Below are positions 37,903 through 46,977 of a DNA stretch of 64,000 nucleotides, piece after piece (the stretch's first letter is position 1; every line of letters begins with the position of its first letter). Under the pieces are notes generated by a model. It was not told the origin of the DNA and did not search any database. It was given only the letters and a program-made list of their open reading frames with translations. The position numbers and the translations under genes were made by a program. Source of the stretch: Myxococcota bacterium (GTDB lineage Bacteria > Myxococcota_A > Polyangia > Polyangiales > Sandaracinaceae); the NCBI GenBank assembly GCA_036149055.1, contig JAYZQJ010000014.1, positions 87,929 to 151,928 on the forward strand, given 5' to 3'.

Positions 37903-38832
37903 TCAGGGGGCGCAGACGGCGCGGGGGTTGCCGTCGCTCCCGGTCACGGTGACACAGCTGTAGCCGCTCGGACAGCCGTCCGTCTGGCAGTTGCCAGGGA
38001 CGCAGATGCCATTGGAATAGCTGGAGGTGCCGCCGCTGGCGAGCTGGAACTCCTGCAGGCAGGTGTAGCCCTCGCGGCAGTCACCGTCTCCGGCGCACGA
38101 CGCGTAGCAGCGCCCGAGGTCGCCGCGCGACTGGCCGTCACCGGCGGGGATGCACACCGCCTCACCCTCGCAGCTGCCCGCGGGGAGCGCGTCGCCGGCG
38201 AAGAAGTCGTTGTTGTTGAAGCCGGAGGGCAGGACGCAGCTGCCGACGCAGTAGCCGCCGACCCATCCGGTGGGCGCCCCCATCTCGTTCACCTCGGGCA
38301 CGCAGCTGCCGCTCCGGCAGCCCTCGGCGTCCGCGCAGCCCTCGCCGGTCACCGAGCCCTCGGCGGGCGCGTCGGTGCACTGCTTGGTGTAGGGGTCGCA
38401 GACGAGCCCGAAGCCGCACTGCGCGTCGTCGGTGCAAGACGCCACACAGATGCCGCCGCTCGGCGGGAGCTCGCCGGTGCAGCTGTAGCCCTCGCGCCGG
38501 CAGTCGATGCCGTTGAGGCAGCGGCGCTCGCAGAACGACTGCTCCTCACCCTGGCGGGTGGCGCAGTGGTGGTAGACGCCGTCGACGTCACAGGGCGTGC
38601 GGTCCTCACAGGGCACGGTGCAGAAGCCGTCCGGGTAGCCGTCCGACGGCGGGCGGCAGACCGCGCCCTCCCCCGGGCACTGCCAGTCCTCGCGGCAGGG
38701 GCCGAAGAGCGTGCTCGGCTCGAGCGGAAGGCCGGCGTCCGACTCCGGGCCGGCGTCCAGCTCCGGGGTGCCTCCGTCGCAGGCGGAGAGCAGAAGGCAA
38801 GCGGCCCCGAGGGCCGAGATCGTGAGTCGCAT
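37903..38832 (-). CDS. Cys-rich lipoprotein
   Basis: Lipobox LSAC; DAG linker; G.CT..C....C and C.....CR.GY.C modules. Confidence 0.78.
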   Translation of the reverse strand: MRLTISALGAACLLLSACDGGTPELDAGPESDAGLPLEPSTLFGPCREDWQCPGEGAVCRPPSDGYPDGFCTVPCEDRTPCDVDGVYHHCATRQGEEQSFCERRCLNGIDCRREGYSCTGELPPSGGICVASCTDDAQCGFGLVCDPYTKQCTDAPAEGSVTGEGCADAEGCRSGSCVPEVNEMGAPTGWVGGYCVGSCVLPSGFNNNDFFAGDALPAGSCEGEAVCIPAGDGQSRGDLGRCYASCAGDGDCREGYTCLQEFQLASGGTSSYSNGICVPGNCQTDGCPSGYSCVTVTGSDGNPRAVCAP

Positions 38833-38936
38833 CGAAAGTCCCATCGCGCGTGCGGGTCGCAGGAGCGTTGGTCGAAGCGAGCCCCGAGTCAATGTGCTAT
38901 CTGGATCTGCCGGCTCGACGGCCCCGAGGAGCGATC

Positions 38937-40517
38937 ATGACGCGACCCTTCTTTGCTTCCCTGTGTGTGCTCGCCCTCGCGGGCTGTGATGGCGAGATGC
39001 CCGTGGACCCCGACGCCGGCGTGATGGCGGACACGGGCCTGCCCGACTCCGGGTACGACGCGGGCCCGCCGCTCGCCTGCTCGGACCTCACGCGGATCGA
39101 GCCCGCGATGGGCGCCACCGAGTCCGTCATGTTCGACACGACGATGACCGAGACGCGCCCGCGCGACCTCGGCGTCGGCTGCGGCAACGACGACCCCGAG
39201 CTGCGCTGGGCGCCGCAGGAGGTCCTCGAGATCGTGGTGCCGGGCAGCGGCCCGGTGCAGGTCGAGGTGAACACCGCGTTCGCCGAGACCGACTTCTCGT
39301 TCAACACCGTCCTCCAGTTCCGCGACACGTGCGAGGCGGTGCCGAGCGGCATCATCCCGCCGAGCTGCTTCGACGATCAGAGCCGCGAGGAGGCCCGCGC
39401 GCGCGGCGCCATCACCGTCGAGGGCGGCTCGACGATCTACGTCATCGTCACCGGCTACAGCGAGCCGCCCGCGGCGGCGATGCAGGTGGACGAGGGCCCG
39501 GTCCGCGTCGACGTGACCGTCACTCAGAACCAGGCGCCGACCCTCACGAGCGGCGCGCTGCTCCTCGCCGGCGACGACGTGCTCGTGGTCGCGCAGGGCA
39601 ACGACCCCGAGGCCGACCCGCGCGGCGTGGCCGTCAACTTCTATGACCGCGCTGGCGCGCTCATCGACATCTACGGCGACGGCGTCGCCACCGTCGACGG
39701 CGACGCCTTCCTCATCCCCTTCGACCCGCCCCCGATGATGGCCGACTTCGACGGCCGCGGCTTCGTGCCCTCGAGCGCGGTCAACCTCGGCCCGTTCATC
39801 CGGGCCAACATGATCCCGCGGGTCGGCCTGCGCGTGTACGACGGCGGCTGGGCGATCAGCGACATGCTGATGGTCGACGTCGCCGACGCGGTCGAGGTCG
39901 GCCTCGGCGAGGCCTGCGGCACCGAGGCGGTGTGCCGCCAGGAGATGCGCTGCGTCGACGGCCTCTGCGAGCCCACCCCGAGCGCGGCCGCCGTCTGCGA
40001 CGCGGCGGTGCCCTTCGACATGCTGATGCCGATGGGCGACACGTCGGCCTCGCAGACCCTCGCGAGCACCGTCGCCGCCGGCGCCGGCACCTTCCAGCCG
40101 GTCAGCGGCTGCACCGGGGACTCGCGCGCCTTCGCCGGCGCCGAGCGCGTCTTCGAGGTGACCGTGCCCGAGGGCAGCTACGACCTGCTCCTCACCACCG
40201 ACCTCGACGGCACGATGGAGACGGACACGCTGCTTTACCTGCGCGGCGCCTGCGCCGACTCGGGCACCGTGCTCGCCTGCAACGACGACATCCGCGCGGG
40301 CAACACCCGCAGCTCGATCGAGGTGCGCGACGACGCGCTCGAGGCCGGCACCTACTACGCGGTCGTCGAGCGCTACGGCGGCCTGATGAGCGGCTCGCTG
40401 CCGTTCGAGCTCCAGGCCACCCTCCGCCCGGTCCGCGAGATCGGCGAGAGCTGCGACGACGCCGGCCTCGAGAACCGCTGCCGCGAGGGCGCGTGCGTGA
40501 GCGGCGTCTGCCGCTGA
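38937..40517 (+). CDS. Lipoprotein with PPC-like (DT.LYLR...ACNDD) module; tandem paralog 1
   Basis: GAGGAG RBS; lipobox LAGC; DTLLYLR..C......CNDD; L.AGTYY.VV. Confidence 0.78.
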   Translation: MTRPFFASLCVLALAGCDGEMPVDPDAGVMADTGLPDSGYDAGPPLACSDLTRIEPAMGATESVMFDTTMTETRPRDLGVGCGNDDPELRWAPQEVLEIVVPGSGPVQVEVNTAFAETDFSFNTVLQFRDTCEAVPSGIIPPSCFDDQSREEARARGAITVEGGSTIYVIVTGYSEPPAAAMQVDEGPVRVDVTVTQNQAPTLTSGALLLAGDDVLVVAQGNDPEADPRGVAVNFYDRAGALIDIYGDGVATVDGDAFLIPFDPPPMMADFDGRGFVPSSAVNLGPFIRANMIPRVGLRVYDGGWAISDMLMVDVADAVEVGLGEACGTEAVCRQEMRCVDGLCEPTPSAAAVCDAAVPFDMLMPMGDTSASQTLASTVAAGAGTFQPVSGCTGDSRAFAGAERVFEVTVPEGSYDLLLTTDLDGTMETDTLLYLRGACADSGTVLACNDDIRAGNTRSSIEVRDDALEAGTYYAVVERYGGLMSGSLPFELQATLRPVREIGESCDDAGLENRCREGACVSGVCR

Positions 40518-40549
40518 GTCCCCCACTTTCTTCGCCTCCGAGACTTGCC

Positions 40550-42160
40550 ATGAATCATCGAATCCTCTCGCTCTCGCTCCTCCTCGCGCTCGCCGGCTGT
40601 GACGGCGACCCGGCGCCCGTCGACGCCGGTCCCCTCGACGCGGGCCCCGCCGACACCGGCGTGGAGCTCCCGGACGCCGGCCCCCAGACCGCGTGCGGCG
40701 CGGCGATCCGCGTGGAGGCCGACCCGAGCCGGGTGATCAGCGAGCGGGTGGACACCTCGAAGCTCACCACCGATCCCGAGGGCCTGGGCAGCCCGATCAC
40801 CATCGAGCCCTTCGGCGTGCCGATCCCATGCGGCAACCCCGAGGCGACGACGATGACGCCGCAGCAGATCCTCGAGATCGCGGTGCCCGGCGAGGGCCCG
40901 CAGCGGGTCACCGTCGACGTGGTGAACGCGGAGACCAACCCGCTCTTCAACACCTTCATCCAGTTCCGCACCGGCAGCTGCGAGACCCCCGAGGTCTCGA
41001 TCATGCCGCCGCGCTGCTTCGACCTGGAGTCCCGCCTCGAGGTCCGCTCGCGCGGCTCGATCACGGTCGACGGCGGCACGACCGTCTGGGCCATCGTCGG
41101 CGGCGTCGCCGAGCCCCCGGACATGTCGCGCCTGATGGACCGCGGCCCGATGCGCATCGACGTGACGGTGGAGGCCAACCGCGCGCCGACCATCTCGAGC
41201 GGCGAGCTCTACCTCGCCGAGGACGAGGCCCACATCTTCGCGAGCGGCACCGACATGGACGCCAACGTGGCCGGCGTCGCCATGAACTTCTACCGCGGCG
41301 GCGAGCTGCTCAAGATCACGATGGACGGCAACCCGGCCGCCCTCGACCGCGACGTGGTGATCTTCCGCTTCGACCCGGTGGTCGAGACGCAGGACTTCGA
41401 CGGCTACGCGCTCGTGCGCGAGACCGCGGTGAACCTCGCGCCCTTCATCCGCGCCAACGGCGTCGATCGGGTCGACTTCCGCACCTACGACCGCGGCTAC
41501 CTCCTCAGCGATCCCATCAGCGTGACGCCGGAGGAGGCGACCCTGGTCGGCTGGAACGAGGAGTGCGGCGCCGAGCGCGTGTGCCGCCGCGAGATGATGT
41601 GCACCGACGGCCGCTGCGCGCCGACGCCCGACGCGAACAACGTCTGCAGCCTCGCCGAGGAGTTCCCGTTCTTCGAGCCGATGGGCAGCAGCACCGTCAG
41701 CCAGCGCGTCACCGGCACGACCGGCTCGGGCGAGGGCGTGCTCCGCCCCACCCTCGACTGCATCCCGCTCGAGGACAGCATCGGCATCGAGAAGGTCTAC
41801 CTGATGACCATCCCCGACGGCCTCTGGGACCTCACGGTCACCACCGACGCGTCGGGCACCGGTGAGACCGACACCCTGCTCTACCTCCGCACCAACTGCT
41901 TCGACTCGGGCAGCGAGCTCGCCTGCGACAACGACATCTCGGACGGCAACATCCGGAGCCGCATCGACGTCAGCGAGATCGGCGCGGGCACCTACGCCCT
42001 CGTCGTCGAGCAGGTCGGCGTGATGGACGAGGGCGAGGCGCCGCACGAGATCGTCGCGGTCCTCAAGCCGGTCCTCGCCACCGGCGAGGCGTGCGACCCC
42101 GCCGAGGTCGAGAACCGCTGCCAGACGGGCAGCTGTACTGCTGGGGTCTGTACTCCTTGA
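40550..42160 (+). CDS. Lipoprotein with PPC-like module; tandem paralog 2
   Basis: ATG 40550 within ORF 39932..42160; lipobox LAGC; colinear with 38937..40517. Confidence 0.78.
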   Translation: MNHRILSLSLLLALAGCDGDPAPVDAGPLDAGPADTGVELPDAGPQTACGAAIRVEADPSRVISERVDTSKLTTDPEGLGSPITIEPFGVPIPCGNPEATTMTPQQILEIAVPGEGPQRVTVDVVNAETNPLFNTFIQFRTGSCETPEVSIMPPRCFDLESRLEVRSRGSITVDGGTTVWAIVGGVAEPPDMSRLMDRGPMRIDVTVEANRAPTISSGELYLAEDEAHIFASGTDMDANVAGVAMNFYRGGELLKITMDGNPAALDRDVVIFRFDPVVETQDFDGYALVRETAVNLAPFIRANGVDRVDFRTYDRGYLLSDPISVTPEEATLVGWNEECGAERVCRREMMCTDGRCAPTPDANNVCSLAEEFPFFEPMGSSTVSQRVTGTTGSGEGVLRPTLDCIPLEDSIGIEKVYLMTIPDGLWDLTVTTDASGTGETDTLLYLRTNCFDSGSELACDNDISDGNIRSRIDVSEIGAGTYALVVEQVGVMDEGEAPHEIVAVLKPVLATGEACDPAEVENRCQTGSCTAGVCTP

Positions 42161-42185
42161 AGGAGGGCGCCGCAGGCGCCCTGCT

Positions 42186-42677
42186 CCCGTGCCCCTGCCC
42201 GACAGCGTCGCCCGAAGGTAGGCAACCCGCGCCGTCGCCACCCGATGCGCGGGCATGGCCTTCGACCACCACAAGCTCGACGTGTACCAGTGCGCGCTGG
42301 ACGCGCTCGACGCCTGCGACCGGGTGACGGCGCAGCTGCCCAAAGGGCGCGGACACATCCGGGACCAGCTCGACCGAGCCAGCGGCTCGATCGTGGCCAA
42401 CATCGCGGAGGGGGCAGGCGAGTTCACGCCCCGGGAGAAGGCGCGCTTCTATCGCATCGCCCGCCGCTCCGCGATCGAAGCGGTGGCGTGGCTCGAGGTC
42501 ATCGAACGCAGAGGCGAGGCGCCCCAGGCCCTCCTCGGCGCGGCGCTCGGGTATCTCGAGCGGGTGGTGGCCATGCTGGTGAGGCTGATACGGCCGCGCT
42601 CTCGTTGACCTCGACTCTCTCCAGCCGGCGCTGCGCGCCCCCGGACGTTTCCTCGCGGGCACGGGCAGGGGCACGGG
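42186..42677. repeat. Perfect 16-bp inverted repeat pair flanking the four-helix-bundle gene
   Basis: CCCGTGCCCCTGCCCG (42186-42201) and CGGGCAGGGGCACGGG (42662-42677). Confidence 0.8.
42255..42608 (+). CDS. Four helix bundle protein (23S rRNA intervening sequence protein family)
   Basis: F...L.VYQ.A, LP......DQL.RA..SI..NIAEG.G.....K.RF..IA..SA.E. Confidence 0.93.
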   Translation: MAFDHHKLDVYQCALDALDACDRVTAQLPKGRGHIRDQLDRASGSIVANIAEGAGEFTPREKARFYRIARRSAIEAVAWLEVIERRGEAPQALLGAALGYLERVVAMLVRLIRPRSR

Positions 42678-42703
42678 CATGCGCGCTGCGCGCGCGGCAC
42701 GGG

Positions 42704-42731
42704 AGGCTGCGGCTGCGGGCAGCCGCAGCCT
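42704..42731. terminator. Strong hairpin between convergent genes
   Basis: AGGCTGCGGCTGC-GG-GCAGCCGCAGCCT; no long U tract. Confidence 0.5.
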
Positions 42732-43209
42732 AGATTTCGAAGGCCCCCGCCGCCGTGCGGACGTCCTGGAAGCGACGGACGATGCGGCGGCAGCGCTCGG
42801 GGCCGAGGGCGCGGTAGGCGTGCGGGAAGAGCTCCTGCTCCTCTCGCAGCAGGTGCACCGTGAGCAGCGAGCGGTAGGCGCCGAGGCGCTCCTGGATGGC
42901 GTGCTCGGCGCCGCGTGACGTCGCCTCCGCCAGGTCGCTGAGCTTGGCGTCGAGGCCGTGGTGCTCGTCGATGGCCTGCTGCGCGAGGGCCCGGGTGCGC
43001 GCGTTCGCCAGGAGCGCGCCGTAGACCGTCGTGTGCTCGGCCCGATCGTGCATTCGCACGAAACGTTGCAAGCGCTCGAGCGCCCGCTGCCGCGCCCCCG
43101 ACGCGCTGGAGATGGAGAACGCGCGGAGCAGGCAGCGCTTCACGTCGTGATCGGCGCACAGCGGAGCGAATACGCCTCGCGCTTCCGCGTCGGCGTCCGC
43201 CTGCGGCAT
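42730..43209 (-). CDS. Hemerythrin/HHE cation-binding domain protein
   Basis: DH...H..AE...Y...EH...H...EE.ELFP; start uncertain. Confidence 0.75.
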   Translation of the reverse strand: MPQADADAEARGVFAPLCADHDVKRCLLRAFSISSASGARQRALERLQRFVRMHDRAEHTTVYGALLANARTRALAQQAIDEHHGLDAKLSDLAEATSRGAEHAIQERLGAYRSLLTVHLLREEQELFPHAYRALGPERCRRIVRRFQDVRTAAGAFEI

Positions 43210-43460
43210 CACGAGCTCCGGCTCTGTCTCACGCAATCGGTCGGTCTGGGCTTCTCTTCGGGGGCGCACACGAACCTCGAGGGCACCCACAGCGCGTTCC
43301 ACTCTCTCAGAATGAAACCCCGACCGAATCGGCCTCCAGGGGGATTCGCCCGACAACATCCCGGTCACACCGTGGCGACTCGTCACGGTGCAGGGTCCAG
43401 GCTCCGGGAGGGTGAGCCCCGACGCGAGGCGCCGGTACGCGGCTTGAAACGAAGTCGGGC

Positions 43461-43907
43461 ATGACCACGATCTTCGAGACGATCCGCCGCGACCACGAGC
43501 GCCTCCGTCGCGCGATCCGCGAGGCCAAGGAGGCCCGGAACCCCGACGACAAGGTCGCGAGCCTCGGGCGCATGACCCGCGCCCTGCGCATCCACGACGA
43601 CGCCGAGCGGAGCTCCATCTACACCGCTCTGCTCTCCCACGAGCGCGGCCGCGAGCTCGGCCGGGAGGCGACCGACAAGCACCACGAGATCGAGCGCCTG
43701 ATGAGCGACCTCGTCGCGATGCCCCCCGAGAGCCCCGACCGGGACATCTGCCTCCAGGAGCTCTCCCAGTGCCTCGAGCACCACTTCCGCTGGGAGCAGG
43801 AGCGCCTCTTCCCCGCCGCGCATTTCCTCTTCAGCGCCCAGACCCAGCAGCGCCTCGCCCGCATCTACGAGCAGGCCAAGCGCCACGCCCACGACGTCGC
43901 CGCGTAA
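43461..43907 (+). CDS. Hemerythrin/HHE cation-binding domain protein
   Basis: IFE.I..DH, H..AE...Y, HH.IE, HH...E...LFP.A. Confidence 0.85.
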   Translation: MTTIFETIRRDHERLRRAIREAKEARNPDDKVASLGRMTRALRIHDDAERSSIYTALLSHERGRELGREATDKHHEIERLMSDLVAMPPESPDRDICLQELSQCLEHHFRWEQERLFPAAHFLFSAQTQQRLARIYEQAKRHAHDVAA

Positions 43908-44059
43908 TCAATCACCAGATCGAAGCGTCGATCTCGAGAGGCGACCACGACGCGCCGGCGAGTCCCCCGTCCCGCCGCCCCCCAGCCCCGTTGCGCCTTC
44001 GCGTCTTTGCGAGAGCAATTGAGCCCTCGCGAGATTCGAGCGATCGGGGGCGTGCGCGA

Positions 44060-45646
44060 TCAGGACTGGCCCTGGCGGATCGGCGCGGTCTCGCGGAACT
44101 TCCACTCGGCGTTGTCGCGCTCGAGGCGGCCGAGCTCCCACTGATCGCGGATGAGCGCGACCGGGAGGCCGTCGACGTCGGTCACCGCGAGCGGGACCCG
44201 GGCGGCCTTGAGCGCGTCGGGGCTCTCGGCCTCGAGCACCCAGCGGGCGAAGGAGTAGCCGAGCCGGTCGAGGCGGACCTCGGCGCCGTACTCGTGCTCG
44301 AGGCGATAGGCGAGCACGTCGAACTGCAGCTGGCCGACCACGCCGCAGATCGGATCCTTCTCGCGCCCGGGCTCGAAGAAGAGCTGCACGGTGCCCTCCT
44401 CGCCGAGCTGGGCGAGGCCCTTCTGGAGCTGCTTGCGCTTGAGCGGGTCGACCAGCTCGAGCCGCGCGAAGTGCTCGGGGCTGAAGCGCGGCACCGCGTC
44501 GAAGGTGAGCGGGGCCTCGGTCGCGAGCGTGTCGCCGATGCGGAAGAGCCCCGGGTCGTGCAGGCCGACCACGTCGCCGGCCCACGCCTCGTGCACCGTC
44601 TGGCGCTCGTCGGCGAAGAGCTGCTCGGCGCGCGCGAGCCGGATCTTCTTGCCCATGCGGTAGTGGAAGACCCGCATGCCGCTCTCGAACTTGCCGCTGA
44701 CGATGCGCATGAAGGCGATGCGGTCGCGGTGCGACGGGTCCATGTTCGCCTGCACCTTGAAGACGAAGGCGCTGAAGCGATCGGCGGAAGGCGAGATCGC
44801 GCCCTCGCTGGTCTCGCGCGGGCCGGGCGGCGGGCACATGTCCGCGAAGTCCTCGAGGAAGGGCTCCACCCCGAAGTTGGTCAGCGCCGAGCCGAAGAAC
44901 ACCGGGCTGATCTCGCCGGCGAGGAAGCGCGCCTGGTCGTAGTCGTCGCCCGCGCCGTCGAGCAGCTCGACCGCGCCGTGCAGCTCCTCCGCGTTCTCCT
45001 CGCCGAGGATCTCGCCGAGCTTCGGGTCGTCGATGCCGCCGACCTTCACCGGCGCCTTGCGCGCGTTCTTCGCGGTGCGCTCGAAGGTGAGCACCCGCTT
45101 GCCCTGCATGTCGTAGACGCCCTTGAACAGCTCGCCGCTGCCCACCGGCCACGTGATCGGCACCGTCTGCAGGCCGAGCACCTCCTCGACCTCGCTCATC
45201 AGCTCGAAGGGATCGCGAGCCGGGCGGTCGAGCTTGTTCACGAAGGTGACGATCGGCGTGCCGCGCATGCGGCAGACGTGGAAGAGCTTCTTGGTCTGCG
45301 CCTCCACGCCCTTCGCCGCGTCGATCAGCATGATCGCGCAGTCGGCCGCGGTCAGCGTCCGGTAGGTGTCCTCGGAGAAGTCCTGGTGGCCCGGGGTGTC
45401 GAGCAGGTTGTAGCGGATGCCGCCGAAGTCGAACTGCAGCACCGAGGAGGTCACCGAGATGCCGCGCTTCTTCTCGAGCTCCATCCAGTCGCTGGTCGCC
45501 GAGCGCTGCGCGCGCCGCGCCTTCACCGCCCCCGCGCTGTGGATCGCGCCTCCGTACAGGAGGAGCTTCTCGGTCAAGGTGGTCTTGCCCGCGTCGGGGT
45601 GACTGATGATGGCGAACGTGCGCCGTCGTAGGTGCTCTTTGGACAT
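44060..45646 (-). CDS. prfC: Peptide chain release factor 3
   Basis: RRTFAIISHPDAGKTTLTEKLLLYGGAI, SDWM..E..RGIS, DTPGH.DFSEDTYRTL, FK.QANMD..HRDRIAF. Confidence 0.98.
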   Translation of the reverse strand: MSKEHLRRRTFAIISHPDAGKTTLTEKLLLYGGAIHSAGAVKARRAQRSATSDWMELEKKRGISVTSSVLQFDFGGIRYNLLDTPGHQDFSEDTYRTLTAADCAIMLIDAAKGVEAQTKKLFHVCRMRGTPIVTFVNKLDRPARDPFELMSEVEEVLGLQTVPITWPVGSGELFKGVYDMQGKRVLTFERTAKNARKAPVKVGGIDDPKLGEILGEENAEELHGAVELLDGAGDDYDQARFLAGEISPVFFGSALTNFGVEPFLEDFADMCPPPGPRETSEGAISPSADRFSAFVFKVQANMDPSHRDRIAFMRIVSGKFESGMRVFHYRMGKKIRLARAEQLFADERQTVHEAWAGDVVGLHDPGLFRIGDTLATEAPLTFDAVPRFSPEHFARLELVDPLKRKQLQKGLAQLGEEGTVQLFFEPGREKDPICGVVGQLQFDVLAYRLEHEYGAEVRLDRLGYSFARWVLEAESPDALKAARVPLAVTDVDGLPVALIRDQWELGRLERDNAEWKFRETAPIRQGQS

Positions 45647-45698
45647 CGCTTCGGCCCGGTCGAGGTGCGCCGGTGGCCGAGGGTGTGGCATCAAGGGG

Positions 45699-46178
45699 GT
45701 GCGGGAGCAAGCGGTGGAGACCAGCGCGAGCCAGGCGTCGGAGCGGCGACTCGAGCCTCATCAGCGCGAGCGGGTGCTCGACGCGCTCCTCCGCTGCCGC
45801 GTCGCGGGGCCCGAGGTCTGCCGCCGCGCGGTCGAGGAGGCGCGGCTGGTGCTGCGGCAGCCGCGCTGGAGCGAGGTGCGCGGGCCGATCTCGCTCGTGG
45901 CCCACGTCGCCCTCGCCTCGCGGGCCGACGGAATCGCGCTCGGCCGCCGCTGCTTCGTGCGCCGCACCGATCCCGACGGGCGCGTCCCGCTCCGCCTGAT
46001 CGCGCACGAGGTCACGCACGTCGCCCAGATCCTCCGCGAGGGCACGGCGACCTTCTACGCGCGCTACGCCGCCTCCTACCTCGCGGCCCGGGCGCGCGGC
46101 TGGGGGGACGAGCGCGCCTATCTCTCGATCCCCTACGAGGTCGAGGCCCGGGCGGTCGCCGCGCTCATCCCTGGCTGA
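45699..46178 (+). CDS. DUF4157-like HExxH zinc-metallopeptidase-fold protein
   Basis: GI.LG...F, LIAHEVTHV.Q and PYEVEA motifs; start uncertain. Confidence 0.7.
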   Translation: MREQAVETSASQASERRLEPHQRERVLDALLRCRVAGPEVCRRAVEEARLVLRQPRWSEVRGPISLVAHVALASRADGIALGRRCFVRRTDPDGRVPLRLIAHEVTHVAQILREGTATFYARYAASYLAARARGWGDERAYLSIPYEVEARAVAALIPG

Positions 46179-46977
46179 AGTGCGCGTCGAGGAGCGCGTG
46201 CAGCTCGTCGGTCCGGGTGATCGTGAGCCCGTGGGCCGCGCCCTCGAGCTCGACGTAGCGGGCTCCGTCGATCGCCGCCGCGAGCGCCCGCCCCTGGGCA
46301 GGCGGGGCCACGATGTCCTCCTCGCCGCTGACCACCAGGGTCGGGATGCCGGAGAGCGCGCCGAGCCGCTCGCTCGCGTCGTGGCGGCCGAGCGCGCGGA
46401 GCTGCTTCATCACGCCCGGCGGGCGCACGCCCAGGTCGCGCCCGAACACCGGCTCCACCTCGCGGGCGTAGGCGTCGCGATCGATCTCGCCGAGCTTGGA
46501 GCGCGGCACGATCATCTCGACGAACGCCCGCCGCCGCATCGCGCGGGTGCCGATCGAGGTGCGCATCCCCACCCAGAGCATGCGCCCGCGAGGCCGCGCT
46601 CCGTCGCGCCCGCGGAAGAAGGTGCAGAGCAGCGACAGGCTGCGCACCCGCGCGGGCGCGTCGAGCGCGAGCTGCTGCGCGATGACCCCGCCGAGCGAGT
46701 GGCCGACCACGTGGGCGCGCTCCCAGCCGAGCGCGTCGAGCAGCGCGAGCGCGTCCGCCGCGAGCTCCTCCACGCTCGTCTCGCCGGCGATCGGGGAGCT
46801 GTCGCCGATGCCGCGGTTGTCGTAGCGCGCGATCCGGTAGCGATCCGAGAGGCCCGCCACCTGCGGATCCCAGCCGCACGCCGGGACCCCGACGCCCTGG
46901 ATCATCAGGACCTCCGGGCCCTCGCCGTCGACCGCCCACGCGAGGTGGACGCCGGCCTCGCGCTCGAGCCGGTTCAC
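46165..46977 (-). CDS. Alpha/beta hydrolase
   Basis: DNRG.G.S, GHSLGG, G.ED, AH. Confidence 0.9.
   Translation of the reverse strand: MNRLEREAGVHLAWAVDGEGPEVLMIQGVGVPACGWDPQVAGLSDRYRIARYDNRGIGDSSPIAGETSVEELAADALALLDALGWERAHVVGHSLGGVIAQQLALDAPARVRSLSLLCTFFRGRDGARPRGRMLWVGMRTSIGTRAMRRRAFVEMIVPRSKLGEIDRDAYAREVEPVFGRDLGVRPPGVMKQLRALGRHDASERLGALSGIPTLVVSGEEDIVAPPAQGRALAAAIDGARYVELEGAAHGLTITRTDELHALLDAHFSQG

Noticed and set aside
45699..46178. Extracellular contractile injection system locus
   Set aside because: Only a lone DUF4157-like domain; no sheath, tube or baseplate genes
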